A stretch of DNA of 64,000 bases from an uncultured Candidatus Rokubacteria bacterium (GTDB lineage: Bacteria > Methylomirabilota > Methylomirabilia > Rokubacteriales > DASRDR01), in assembly GCA_963826115.1 (NCBI GenBank), contig CAWGVS010000006.1:384001-448000 (forward strand), in the 5' to 3' direction. The notes under the pieces were generated by a model. It was not told the DNA's origin and ran no database searches. It saw only the letters and a list, made by a program, of their open reading frames with translations. The position numbers and the translations under genes were made by a program. Below are positions 39,571-47,951 of the stretch, one piece after another; the stretch's first letter is position 1; each line of letters begins with the position of its first letter.

Positions 39571-40536
39571 ATGCAGCCGAGCATCTCCATTTGCGTGCCC
39601 ACGTACCGGCGCAGCGCGTTCCTCCGGGAGGCCCTCGTGTCGTGCCTCGGCCAGGGGTACGCCAATCTACAGGTCCTGGTGGGCGACGATTCCAACGATC
39701 CGGCCACGCGGGTCTTGTGCGAGAAGCTCGACGAGCGCATCCAATATGTAGGGAACGCGACGCGCCTCGGCCAGGCGGGTAACCTCAATGCGCTCCTCGA
39801 TCGGGCGCGTGGCGAGTACCTCATGGTGCTTCACGATGACGACAAGCTGGTCGGCGACGCCCTGTCCAGCCTCGTCGAGGCACTGAGGAACGACGCCGAC
39901 GCGATGGGCGCGTTCGGCCTTCAGCAGATCATCGACACCAAGTCGGCCGTCGACGAGAGCGCCAGCGCCGCGCTGAATGTCTTTTGCTACCGCACCGCCG
40001 AGTTCGAGGGCGGGAGGCTCTCCAGCATGGCCTCGGCACTCAGGCAGCAGTTCCCCAACGACGGCTACCTCTTGCGGTCGGAGTGCGTGCGGGGCGTCCG
40101 ATTCCGGAGGTACGAGGAGGCCGGGGACGGCTGTGACTTCGTATTTCCCCTCGACATCGCTCGGGCGCAGGGGGACCGTCGATTCCTCTTCCTGAATCGC
40201 GTGACGTGCCAGTACCGGGTTCATCCCGAGCAGGTGTCCAGCAACTTCGTCAACTATCCTGTCCTCGCGATTGTTGAAGCGATTTCGCCAAGCGAGCTGG
40301 ATGACGCGGCGGCGGCGGCGCTCGTCGATTCGAAGGACAAGTTCGCCAAGCGAGCAGTTAGGGAATTGCTGGCGCGGGGCTGCCGCCGGGAGGCGAGGCG
40401 GATCATCTTCTCGGAGAGCTTTCGATTCCGCCGGAAGGCGATCCGGAACGTGGCATACCTTGCGCTGAGCTGCCTTCCGACTGTCGCCGCGAGAGCCGTT
40501 CTGGCGCCGCGGGCTGTGGGCGCGCGACGAAGTTGA
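39571..40536 (+). CDS. Glycosyltransferase family 2
   Basis: ISICVPTYRR, VGDDS, LHDDD and YRVHPEQ. Confidence 0.88.
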   Translation: MQPSISICVPTYRRSAFLREALVSCLGQGYANLQVLVGDDSNDPATRVLCEKLDERIQYVGNATRLGQAGNLNALLDRARGEYLMVLHDDDKLVGDALSSLVEALRNDADAMGAFGLQQIIDTKSAVDESASAALNVFCYRTAEFEGGRLSSMASALRQQFPNDGYLLRSECVRGVRFRRYEEAGDGCDFVFPLDIARAQGDRRFLFLNRVTCQYRVHPEQVSSNFVNYPVLAIVEAISPSELDDAAAAALVDSKDKFAKRAVRELLARGCRREARRIIFSESFRFRRKAIRNVAYLALSCLPTVAARAVLAPRAVGARRS

Positions 40537-40796
40537 GGACCGCCGGTAGGTCGGCCGGTCGCTGCCGTGCGCAACGCGCCAGCGCGCGGAACGCCTCGGG
40601 TCGGACGAGGAGGCGCCGGCGGCGACCGGGTGTCCGGCAATCTGACCAGATCCCGGCCCAGGGGCCGTTCCACGAGAGCGACCCGAGAAAGGGTCGCCGG
40701 AGGCGTGCGCCTGACCACGGCAGGGAGACGCGTTCTAGATGGCAACGAGCATCGCGGCCGGATCCCGTTCGGACCGGACCCGGAGCATCGCCTTCG

Positions 40797-40922
40797 TGGG
40801 ACGTCACGCGAGCTCATGTCGACGACCTCGCCCGCGATTTCGGCCATCAGCCACGAACGACCGTGGAAGACGGCGGCGCGCGGTTCGTCGAGCGGTACCG
40901 AGCCGACTACCGGATCGACTGA
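40797..40922 (+). pseudogene. C-terminal remnant of an NAD-dependent sugar-nucleotide epimerase (UDP-glucuronate 4-epimerase-like)
   Basis: WDVTRAHVDDLARDFGHQPRTTVEDGGARFVERYRADYRID* resembles the family C-terminus (GDVxxTxADVDDLxxDxGxxPxTxxEEGxxxFVxWYR). No Rossmann N-terminus upstream. Confidence 0.65.
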
Positions 40923-40938
40923 GGGACGTCTTCGATCG

Positions 40939-41748
40939 GTGCCGACGTTTCGCCTGCTCGTGGTGGACCTGGATGGCACCGTTCGGTCGCGGGTGCTCGG
41001 CATCACCCCGGGCGTGCGGGCTGCCGTGGCCGCCGCGCGGGCCCGGGGAGTCCGGGTCTGCGTGGCTACCGGGCGGATGTGGCGGTCCGCGGAGCCATGG
41101 GTGCGTACCCTAGGGGCCGATTCACCGGCGATCCTCTACAACGGGGGACAGGTGTTCGACTTCGCCACCGGCCGGACGCTGTACGAGCGGGTCCTGCCTC
41201 GAGCCGCGGCCCAGGCGGCGCTCGACCTGACGCGACGCGACCCCGAAGTGCAGGCACACGTGTATCTCCGCGACCGCGTCTACGTGGAGCGCCCGCATCC
41301 TCTGACGGACGCCTATTCGGCCGATGACGGTCTGGGCGTCGACGTCGTGCCATCCTTCGACGCGCTCCTCACCGAGGACCCGCACAAGATCCTCATCATC
41401 GGGTCTCGCGATCGGATCGACGCGCTCCAGGCGAAGGTCCGGGCCGTCCGCCTTCCCGTCCACGACGTCAAGTCCGAGCCGATCTACCTGGAGATTCTTC
41501 CGCCCGGAGTCTCGAAGGGCGTTGCGCTCCAGGCCATGCTCGACGTGCTCGGCGTCGATGCGGCGGAGACGATCGCCGTCGGCGACAACTGGAACGACGT
41601 CGAGATGCTCGAGGTTGCCGGACTTGGGGTCGCGATGGGGCACGCGCCCGAGGGTGTCCGCGCCAAGGCCGACTTCGTGTGCGGCACCGTGGAAGAGGAC
41701 GGGGTCGGGCGGGTCATCGAGCAATACATCCTGGACGGAGCCGGATGA
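40939..41748 (+). CDS. Cof-type HAD-IIB family phosphatase
   Basis: DLDGT, ATGR, ILYNG, SKG and GDNWNDVEML. GTG start after GAGGGA. Confidence 0.9.
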   Translation: MPTFRLLVVDLDGTVRSRVLGITPGVRAAVAAARARGVRVCVATGRMWRSAEPWVRTLGADSPAILYNGGQVFDFATGRTLYERVLPRAAAQAALDLTRRDPEVQAHVYLRDRVYVERPHPLTDAYSADDGLGVDVVPSFDALLTEDPHKILIIGSRDRIDALQAKVRAVRLPVHDVKSEPIYLEILPPGVSKGVALQAMLDVLGVDAAETIAVGDNWNDVEMLEVAGLGVAMGHAPEGVRAKADFVCGTVEEDGVGRVIEQYILDGAG

Positions 41749-41838
41749 TTCCGGATCCGGGCCACGGCGTCAAACCGGCGTGCCCGGGACGACCCGGGAG
41801 CGGGCCGCCCCGCGGCCGCTGGTGCTTGCGGGACTGAC

Positions 41839-42978
41839 GTGAGGGTCCTGCTGCTGTCTCCCCACAAACGGAACTGGGACACGGATCCCGTCTACCCGCA
41901 GATCGAGTCGGGGCTGCGCCGCCTGGGCTGCGAGGTCACCCTCCTCACGGAAGAGGACTACCTGAGCCCCCGCATGCCGGGCCCCGTGACGAAGCTCGTT
42001 GGCGCGAGTCTGATGCGACGGCGCGCCTTCGCTGCCGCGATCGAATCGGATGTGGTGGAGGCCGCGGGAGGGCTTGGGTGGAGCCTGTTCTCCGCACTGC
42101 GGGCCGGCCTTCAGCGGACGCCGCGGCCACTCCTGGTGACGCGTCTGCACGGGCTCGAGTACCTCGACGAGCAAGCGCGCTTCATCGAGGACATCGCCGG
42201 CTTGATCCGCTTGCCGGCGAAGTACAAGCTGTTCACCCGGCACTGGGTCAACTGGCAGGACTTCCGGAGCATCCGCCTCAGCGACGCAGTGGTGTGCCAC
42301 ACGTCGAGGGATGCCGACGGCGTCATGAGCCGTCGACTGAAGCCCGAGTGCGCGATCGCCACGATGCCGCTCGCGATGGAGTCGCGTTATGTCAGGGAGC
42401 ACACCTATCGTGATCCGGGGGTCCGGATCTTGTGGTGGGGGTCGTGGATCGAGCGCAAGGGTATCACGACGCTCCCGCGCGCCCTGGAGCTGCTAGGCAG
42501 GTCGGTCCCGGACGCGACCGTCACCCTGGGCGGCACGGGCGTCCCCGCGGAGACCGTCCTCGCGACGCTGCCCCCCGGCGTGCGCTCGCGGGTTACCGTC
42601 CTACCCTTCGTGTCACGCGAGCAGCACCTGGAGATCCTCGACGCGCACGACGTGTTCCTCTTCCCGTCGCTGTCGGAGGGGTTCGGGCTCGCCCTCGCCG
42701 AGGCCATGGCGAGCGGCCTGCCGTGCGTGACGACGTTCACTGGCCTCGCCCACGACTGGCTGGAGCACGGGCAGAACTGCCTGCTCGTGCCGATGAGCTC
42801 GCCTACGGGAGTGGCAAGAGCGCTCGAGCGGCTCCTGACGAGCGTGGATCTGCGGCGCGCCCTCGGCCGGTCGGCTCAAGCGACCACGCGCCACTGGTCG
42901 TGGGAGCGCCTCGCCCGGGAGACGGTAGAATGGTACGAAAAGCAGCTGCGGGAGCTGCGACAGCCACCCGCGGCGTAG
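41839..42978 (+). CDS. Glycosyltransferase family 4
   Basis: GSWIERKG and FPSLSEGFGLALAEAMASG. Confidence 0.9.
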   Translation: MRVLLLSPHKRNWDTDPVYPQIESGLRRLGCEVTLLTEEDYLSPRMPGPVTKLVGASLMRRRAFAAAIESDVVEAAGGLGWSLFSALRAGLQRTPRPLLVTRLHGLEYLDEQARFIEDIAGLIRLPAKYKLFTRHWVNWQDFRSIRLSDAVVCHTSRDADGVMSRRLKPECAIATMPLAMESRYVREHTYRDPGVRILWWGSWIERKGITTLPRALELLGRSVPDATVTLGGTGVPAETVLATLPPGVRSRVTVLPFVSREQHLEILDAHDVFLFPSLSEGFGLALAEAMASGLPCVTTFTGLAHDWLEHGQNCLLVPMSSPTGVARALERLLTSVDLRRALGRSAQATTRHWSWERLARETVEWYEKQLRELRQPPAA

Positions 42979-43096
42979 ACTGCAGTCGGTGACGCCGGGG
43001 CCACCGGGAGGCGAGTGATCGTGGGAGGCCTGCCCGTCGAGCGACGATCGGGGGATTCGGGACCGACGCCCCGCATCGTCCGCTGCCCCGGCACCA

Positions 43097-43408
43097 CTGT
43101 TTTCGACGCACTCCGACGGCTTTGGGCTGGCTCTCATCGAAGGGATGGCCTGTGGGCTGGCCCCGGTGGTCACCGCGGTGGGTGTGGCGCCGGAGATCGT
43201 GCGGCAGGGGGAGACCGGCCTGCTGGTCCCGATCGGGGACGTGGAGGCCATCGTCGGCGCGGTACGGACGCTCTCGCGGGATCCTCGCCGGCGACTCGAC
43301 CTGCGACGAAGCGCCCAGAACACGGTGCGGGAGCTCTCCTGGACCAACGTCGCGACGCGCACGGTGGCGCTCTACGAGCGAATCCTGCGTGAGCGCTCCC
43401 GGGCGTAG
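43097..43408 (+). pseudogene. C-terminal remnant of a GT4 glycosyltransferase
   Basis: LFSTHSDGFGLALIEGMACGLAPVVTAVG...GETGLLVPIGD...SW. The frame is closed upstream by TGA at 43016-43018 and the N-terminal domain is missing. Confidence 0.75.
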
Positions 43409-43470
43409 CCGTCGCGAGCAGGCCCTCGACGGGCGAGGCTGAGCGGAAGAGAAACCCGGTAGCGGTAGAT

Positions 43471-43515
43471 GATCCGCCCGCGGGTCGCGTCGGCTCGCGA
43501 TCCCGCGGGCGGGTC
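43471..43515. terminator. Strong hairpin between convergent transcription units
   Basis: GATCCGCCCGCGGG-TCGCG / CGCGA-T-CCCGCGGGCGGGTC inverted repeat, 15 bp beyond the SBP stop. Confidence 0.65.
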
Positions 43516-43530
43516 TTGTGCGGAGTCGAG

Positions 43531-44811
43531 CTACTTCAGGATCTCGTCCACCCGCTTCTGAGCCTCGGCCAGGATCGGCGCGATGGGCTGGGTCGTCGTC
43601 ACGACCGTCTGGATCGCCGTGACGATCGCCCGCTTGACCTCGATGATGTTCTTCACGGGCAGCTCGGCGTGCGCGTACTGGAGCTGATCGCGCGCCGTGA
43701 TCGCCTGGGGATACTTGCCGACGTAGTCCTTCATGAGGGGCGTCTCCCACGATGACTTCCGCGGGGCGACGTAGCCCGAGTCAATCGACCACCGGGCGAG
43801 CATCTCCGTCGATGTCATCCACTTCGTGAACTCCCAGGCCGCCTTCCGGCGGTCGGGCGGGGTGGCCTTGAAGAGGTAGAAGTTCCCGCCGCCCGTCGGG
43901 GCGCCGAACCGCTGGTCCTTCGCCAGGAACGCCGTCCCGAACTCGAACTTCGCGTTGTTGCGGATGAACCCGAGGCCGCCCGTCGTGTAGTAGATCATCG
44001 CGACGTTGCCGGCGGCGAAGTCGTTCGCCGTGGTGCCCCAGTTGACCGCGCCCGGGGGACTGACCTTCTCCTTCTCCCCGAGGTCGCGGAGGAACTGGGC
44101 CGCGGTCTCGGCCTGCTTGGTATTGAGCAGGACCTTGCAGCACGAGTTGTTCGCGTCGTAGAGGAGGCCGCCGGCCGCGATGGTGAGCCCCTCGTAGAGC
44201 CACGTGTCGACGCCACCGCTGGAGGGGATCATGAGACCCCAGCGGGTGGTGCGCCCGCCCTCCTGCTTGGTCAGCTTCTTGGCCGCCGCGACCATCTCCG
44301 CCCAGGTCTGGGGCGGCTTGTTCGGATCGAGCCCGACCTCCTTGAACGCCTCCTTGTTGTAGTACATGACCGGCGTCGAGCGCTGGAAGGGGATGGACCA
44401 CACCTTCCCGCCGCTGGTGGAGTTCAGCATGAACGCGGGGAAGAAGTCGTCCATCTTCACCTGGGCGGCGTCCGCCGCGATCAGCTCGTCCAGCGGGATG
44501 ACGATGTCCTGGCCGATGATGTCGTTGAGGTTCTGGGACAGCATGATGGCCACGTCCGGCGGGGTGCCCCCCTGGATGGCCGCCAGCGTCTTCGCGTAGG
44601 CCTCCGTGTAGCCGCCGGCGAACACCGGCTCCACCTGGACCTGCGGATGGCTCTTGTTCCACTCCTGGACGTAGCCGTCGATGATCCGGGCGAGCGGCCC
44701 GGCCACGCCGACCGGGTAGTAGAACTGTAGCTTCATCTGCGCCTGCGCCACCGGGGCGATCCCGCCGACCAGCGCGAGGACGAGGGCTGCGAGCAGCGCG
44801 CGGAGCTTCAT
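43531..44811 (-). CDS. ABC transporter substrate-binding protein (UgpB/CUT1-like)
   Basis: ATG 44811 after GAAAGGGAG, signal peptide MKLRALLAALVLAL..AQA, and IPFQRSTPVMYYNKEAF, PPQTWAE, PTGGGNFY motifs. Confidence 0.9.
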   Translation of the reverse strand: MKLRALLAALVLALVGGIAPVAQAQMKLQFYYPVGVAGPLARIIDGYVQEWNKSHPQVQVEPVFAGGYTEAYAKTLAAIQGGTPPDVAIMLSQNLNDIIGQDIVIPLDELIAADAAQVKMDDFFPAFMLNSTSGGKVWSIPFQRSTPVMYYNKEAFKEVGLDPNKPPQTWAEMVAAAKKLTKQEGGRTTRWGLMIPSSGGVDTWLYEGLTIAAGGLLYDANNSCCKVLLNTKQAETAAQFLRDLGEKEKVSPPGAVNWGTTANDFAAGNVAMIYYTTGGLGFIRNNAKFEFGTAFLAKDQRFGAPTGGGNFYLFKATPPDRRKAAWEFTKWMTSTEMLARWSIDSGYVAPRKSSWETPLMKDYVGKYPQAITARDQLQYAHAELPVKNIIEVKRAIVTAIQTVVTTTQPIAPILAEAQKRVDEILK

Positions 44812-44840
44812 GGGTGTCTCCCTTTCGCGGGCCGGGGCCG

Positions 44841-45641
44841 TCACCCCTTCAGGCCCGACTGCGTGAAGGACTGGATGAACACACGCTGGAACAGCACGAA
44901 CAGCAGCATCAGGGGCGCGATGACGATCAGGGTGCCGGCGCAGATCAGCCCCCACTCCGCTCCGGATTCTGACGCGCGGGTGAAGGACTGGAGGCCGACG
45001 GCGAGGACGCGGGTCGAGTTGCTGGACGTGGCCACCAGGGGCCAGAGGAACTCGTTCCAGTGGTAGATCAGGCTCACCACGGCGAACGCGGCGAGGTGCG
45101 GTCGGACCATGGGCACCAGCACGTGCCACAGGATCCGCACCCTCCCCGCGCCGTCCAGCATGGCAGCCTCGTCGTACTCCCGCGGGATGCTGCGGAACCC
45201 CTGGCGGACGAGGAAGATCCCGTACGCGCTGGCGACGTAGGGCATCGCGAGGCCCGTCAACGTGTCGCCGAGGCCGATGGCGCGGAGGGTCAGGAAATTC
45301 GGCAGGATGAGGACGACCGGCGGCAGGAACAGCTGGAGGAGCACGGCGTAGAAGACGACCTGCCGTCCCGGGAACCGGAGGCGCGCGAGGGTGTAGGCGG
45401 CGAGCGTGACGGTCACGAGCTGCACCGCCAGGAGCCCCACCGTGTAGAGGACCGTGTTGCGATAGTAGAGGACGAACGTGGCCGACTGCCAGGCCAGGGA
45501 GAAGTTCTCCAGCGTCGGCGGGAAGCTCCAGTAGCGACCCTGGCCGAACTCCCGCGACGGCGTGAACGACGCGAGGAACAGGAACGCGATCGGCCCCAGG
45601 AACGGGAGGCACAGCGCGAGGGCCGGCCAGTCACGCCTCAT
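44841..45641 (-). CDS. Carbohydrate ABC transporter permease (UgpE/MalG-like)
   Basis: EAA loop IPREYDEAAMLDGA and WNEFLWP. Confidence 0.92.
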   Translation of the reverse strand: MRRDWPALALCLPFLGPIAFLFLASFTPSREFGQGRYWSFPPTLENFSLAWQSATFVLYYRNTVLYTVGLLAVQLVTVTLAAYTLARLRFPGRQVVFYAVLLQLFLPPVVLILPNFLTLRAIGLGDTLTGLAMPYVASAYGIFLVRQGFRSIPREYDEAAMLDGAGRVRILWHVLVPMVRPHLAAFAVVSLIYHWNEFLWPLVATSSNSTRVLAVGLQSFTRASESGAEWGLICAGTLIVIAPLMLLFVLFQRVFIQSFTQSGLKG

Positions 45642-46620
45642 AGTGAACCCCTCGCTCGAGGCGCGGCATGACCAGGACGGCGAGCGCCAGGAGCAGCGCC
45701 ACCATGAGGACCGTGAGCGCCGAGGCCCGCCCGGTGTCCCAGAACTCGAAGGCCTTGAGGTACGTCTCGTAGAGCAGCACGTTGGTCGCGTTCGCCGGGC
45801 CGCCGCGCGTCAGCACGAAGATGTGATCGACGTTCCGGAGCGCGTCGAGAGCGGCGGTCACCATGACGTAGAAGGTGATCGGCCCGAGGAGCGGCCACGT
45901 CACGTGGCGGAAAACGCGCCATTCCGAGGCACCCTCGACCCGCGCGCCCTCCTGGAGCTCGCGCGGGATCGCCTGGAGGCCCGCGAGGAAGAACAGCATG
46001 TAGAGCCCGCAGTTCTTGTAGATGGCCACGAACGCGACGGTAATCAGGGCGGTGTGCGGGTCCTCCAGCAGGCCCTGGGCGCGGCCGGTGAGCCGGGTGA
46101 TCAAGGTCGCGACGGGGCCCGAGACCGGATTCAGGAGGAACAGCCACGTCGCGGCGATGGCGACGGTCGGCAGCAGGACGGGATGGAAGATGAGCGTCCG
46201 CGCGACGAGCCGGAGCCGGCGGTGCCCGTCAACCGCCACGCCGGCGGCGAGCCCGAACGCCACCGCCAGCGGCCCGGCGATCAAGGCGTAGAGCCCCGTG
46301 TTCACCAGTACCTGGCGGAAGAGCGCGTCGTTCCAGAGGTCCCAGTAGTTCTGCCAGCCGACCCAGCGTGGCGCGGTCCCTCCCCGGCCGAAGCGCTGGA
46401 AGGAGCCCACCACGGAGACTACCAGCGGCCAGTAGGTGAAGACGAGCAGGAAGACAAGCGTCGGCGCCAGGAGCGCCGCTGCCAGCCAGGCGGCCGACCG
46501 GTTGGTACCCTGACGCGCCCGGGCGCCCGGGACGGCCAGTGCCCGCGCCTCCGCGCTGAGTGTGCTCAGGAGCCTCCTCCGCGACGGTCCGCGAGGAACG
46601 ACGCCCCGTGATCCCAACAC
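45631..46620 (-). CDS. Carbohydrate ABC transporter permease (UgpA/MalF-like)
   Basis: WVGWQNY, LAGLQAIPRELQEGARVEGA and TRGGPANAT. Start uncertain. Confidence 0.9.
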   Translation of the reverse strand: MLGSRGVVPRGPSRRRLLSTLSAEARALAVPGARARQGTNRSAAWLAAALLAPTLVFLLVFTYWPLVVSVVGSFQRFGRGGTAPRWVGWQNYWDLWNDALFRQVLVNTGLYALIAGPLAVAFGLAAGVAVDGHRRLRLVARTLIFHPVLLPTVAIAATWLFLLNPVSGPVATLITRLTGRAQGLLEDPHTALITVAFVAIYKNCGLYMLFFLAGLQAIPRELQEGARVEGASEWRVFRHVTWPLLGPITFYVMVTAALDALRNVDHIFVLTRGGPANATNVLLYETYLKAFEFWDTGRASALTVLMVALLLALAVLVMPRLERGVHYEA

Positions 46621-46665
46621 CGGGCCCGGCTCCTCGAATCGAGGGCTTCCAGGCCTGCCGGGGGG

Positions 46666-46739
46666 ACACTAGCACCGCCCCCAGGGACCGTCAAACCCGC
46701 GACCGAGGCTTGACGCCGGTGTGATCGGATCGTTACGAT
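46666..46739. promoter_or_regulatory. Back-to-back divergent sigma70 promoters
   Basis: Minus strand TTGACG-17-TAGTGT with TGn extension (46694 to 46666). Plus strand TTGACG-18-TACGAT (46710 to 46739). Confidence 0.65.
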
Positions 46740-46828
46740 TCGGTAACAGCCGCGGCCGCCCGCCCGGTTCCGGGCCTGCTCGGCGGCCGCCGACGACCCC
46801 CACATCCTCGACGAGGAGGACCAGAGGC

Positions 46829-47863
46829 ATGCGACCACCCGTTCGGACTCTCTTGGCGCTCGTGGCCGGGCTCGCCGCGTGTCTCGCCCCTGCGGTCGCT
46901 CCGGCCCAGGGCCAGCTGGTCGTGTACTGCACGGTCCAGGAGGAGTGGTGCCGGGCCATGGTGACCGCCTTCGAGCGGGCCACGAACATCAAGGTCAGCA
47001 TGACCCGGAAGAGCTCCGGCGAGAACTATGCCCAGGTGAAGGCGGAGGCGGCGAACCCGAAGGGTGACGTCTGGTGGGGCGGCACCGGCGACCCGCATCT
47101 GCAGGCGGCGGAAGAGGGGCTCACCCTCGAGTACAAGTCGCCGAAGCTCGCCGATCTCCACGAGTGGGCGGTGCGCCAGGCCGAGCAGTCGAAGTACCGG
47201 ACGGTCGGCGTCTACGCGGGCGCTCTCGGGTTCGGCTTCAACACCGAGCTCCTCGCCAAGAAGGGCCTGCCCGAGCCCAAGTGCTGGGCGGACCTCCTGG
47301 ATCCCAAGTTCAAGGACGAGGTGCAGGTCGCGGACCCGAACTCGTCGGGGACGTCGTACACGATGCTCGCGACCATGGTCCAGATCATGGGCGAGGACAA
47401 GGGCTTCGACTACCTGAAGAAGCTCCACAAGAACGTGAACCAGTACACGAAGTCGGGCGCGGCGCCCGCCCAGGCGATGAGCCAGGGCGAGACCATGATC
47501 GGCATCACCTTCATGCACGACATCGTGACCTTCGCGGTCCAGGGGCGGCCGGTGAAGGTCGTGGCGCCGTGCGAGGGCACGGGGTACGAGATCGGCTCCA
47601 TGAGCATCATCAAGGGCGCGCCGAACCTCGAGAACGCCAAGAAGTGGTACGACTGGGCGCTCACCCCCGAGGCCCAGGCGATCGGCGCCCAGGCGAAGGC
47701 CTACCAGGTGCCGTCGAACAAGAACGCGCAGGCCCCGCCCCAGGCGCCGAAGTTCACGCTGATCAAGCTGATCAACTACGACTTCGCCAAGTACGGGTCG
47801 TCGGCCGAGCGGAAGCGCCTGCTTCAGAAGTGGGACACGGAGGTCAAGGCGCTGCCGAAGTGA
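46829..47863 (+). CDS. afuA: AfuA-type ABC substrate-binding protein (sugar-phosphate; often annotated Fe3+)
   Basis: LVVYC, DVWWGGTGDP, PKCWADL, ADPNSSGTSY, QYTKSG, FMHD and PCEGTGYEIG match AfuA as I recall it. Confidence 0.8.
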   Translation: MRPPVRTLLALVAGLAACLAPAVAPAQGQLVVYCTVQEEWCRAMVTAFERATNIKVSMTRKSSGENYAQVKAEAANPKGDVWWGGTGDPHLQAAEEGLTLEYKSPKLADLHEWAVRQAEQSKYRTVGVYAGALGFGFNTELLAKKGLPEPKCWADLLDPKFKDEVQVADPNSSGTSYTMLATMVQIMGEDKGFDYLKKLHKNVNQYTKSGAAPAQAMSQGETMIGITFMHDIVTFAVQGRPVKVVAPCEGTGYEIGSMSIIKGAPNLENAKKWYDWALTPEAQAIGAQAKAYQVPSNKNAQAPPQAPKFTLIKLINYDFAKYGSSAERKRLLQKWDTEVKALPK

Positions 47864-47870
47864 GGGTAAC

Positions 47871-47918
47871 GGAGCTCCCGTCGTCGGCGCTCCGGCGAGC
47901 GCCGCGGGCGGGAGCTCC
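47871..47918 (+). other. Intergenic stem-loop after the SBP gene
   Basis: GGAGCTCCCG..CGGCGCTC-CGGC-GAGCGCCG..CGGGAGCTCC nested inverted repeat. Confidence 0.6.
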
Positions 47919-47951
47919 CGCCTTGCCGGTCCGTCTCCCGCTCCGTTCGAG

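Noticed and set aside
43531-45612. 693-aa ORF suggesting an extended substrate-binding protein
   Set aside because: The signal peptide and RBS place the start at 44811. The extension overlaps the permease in another frame.
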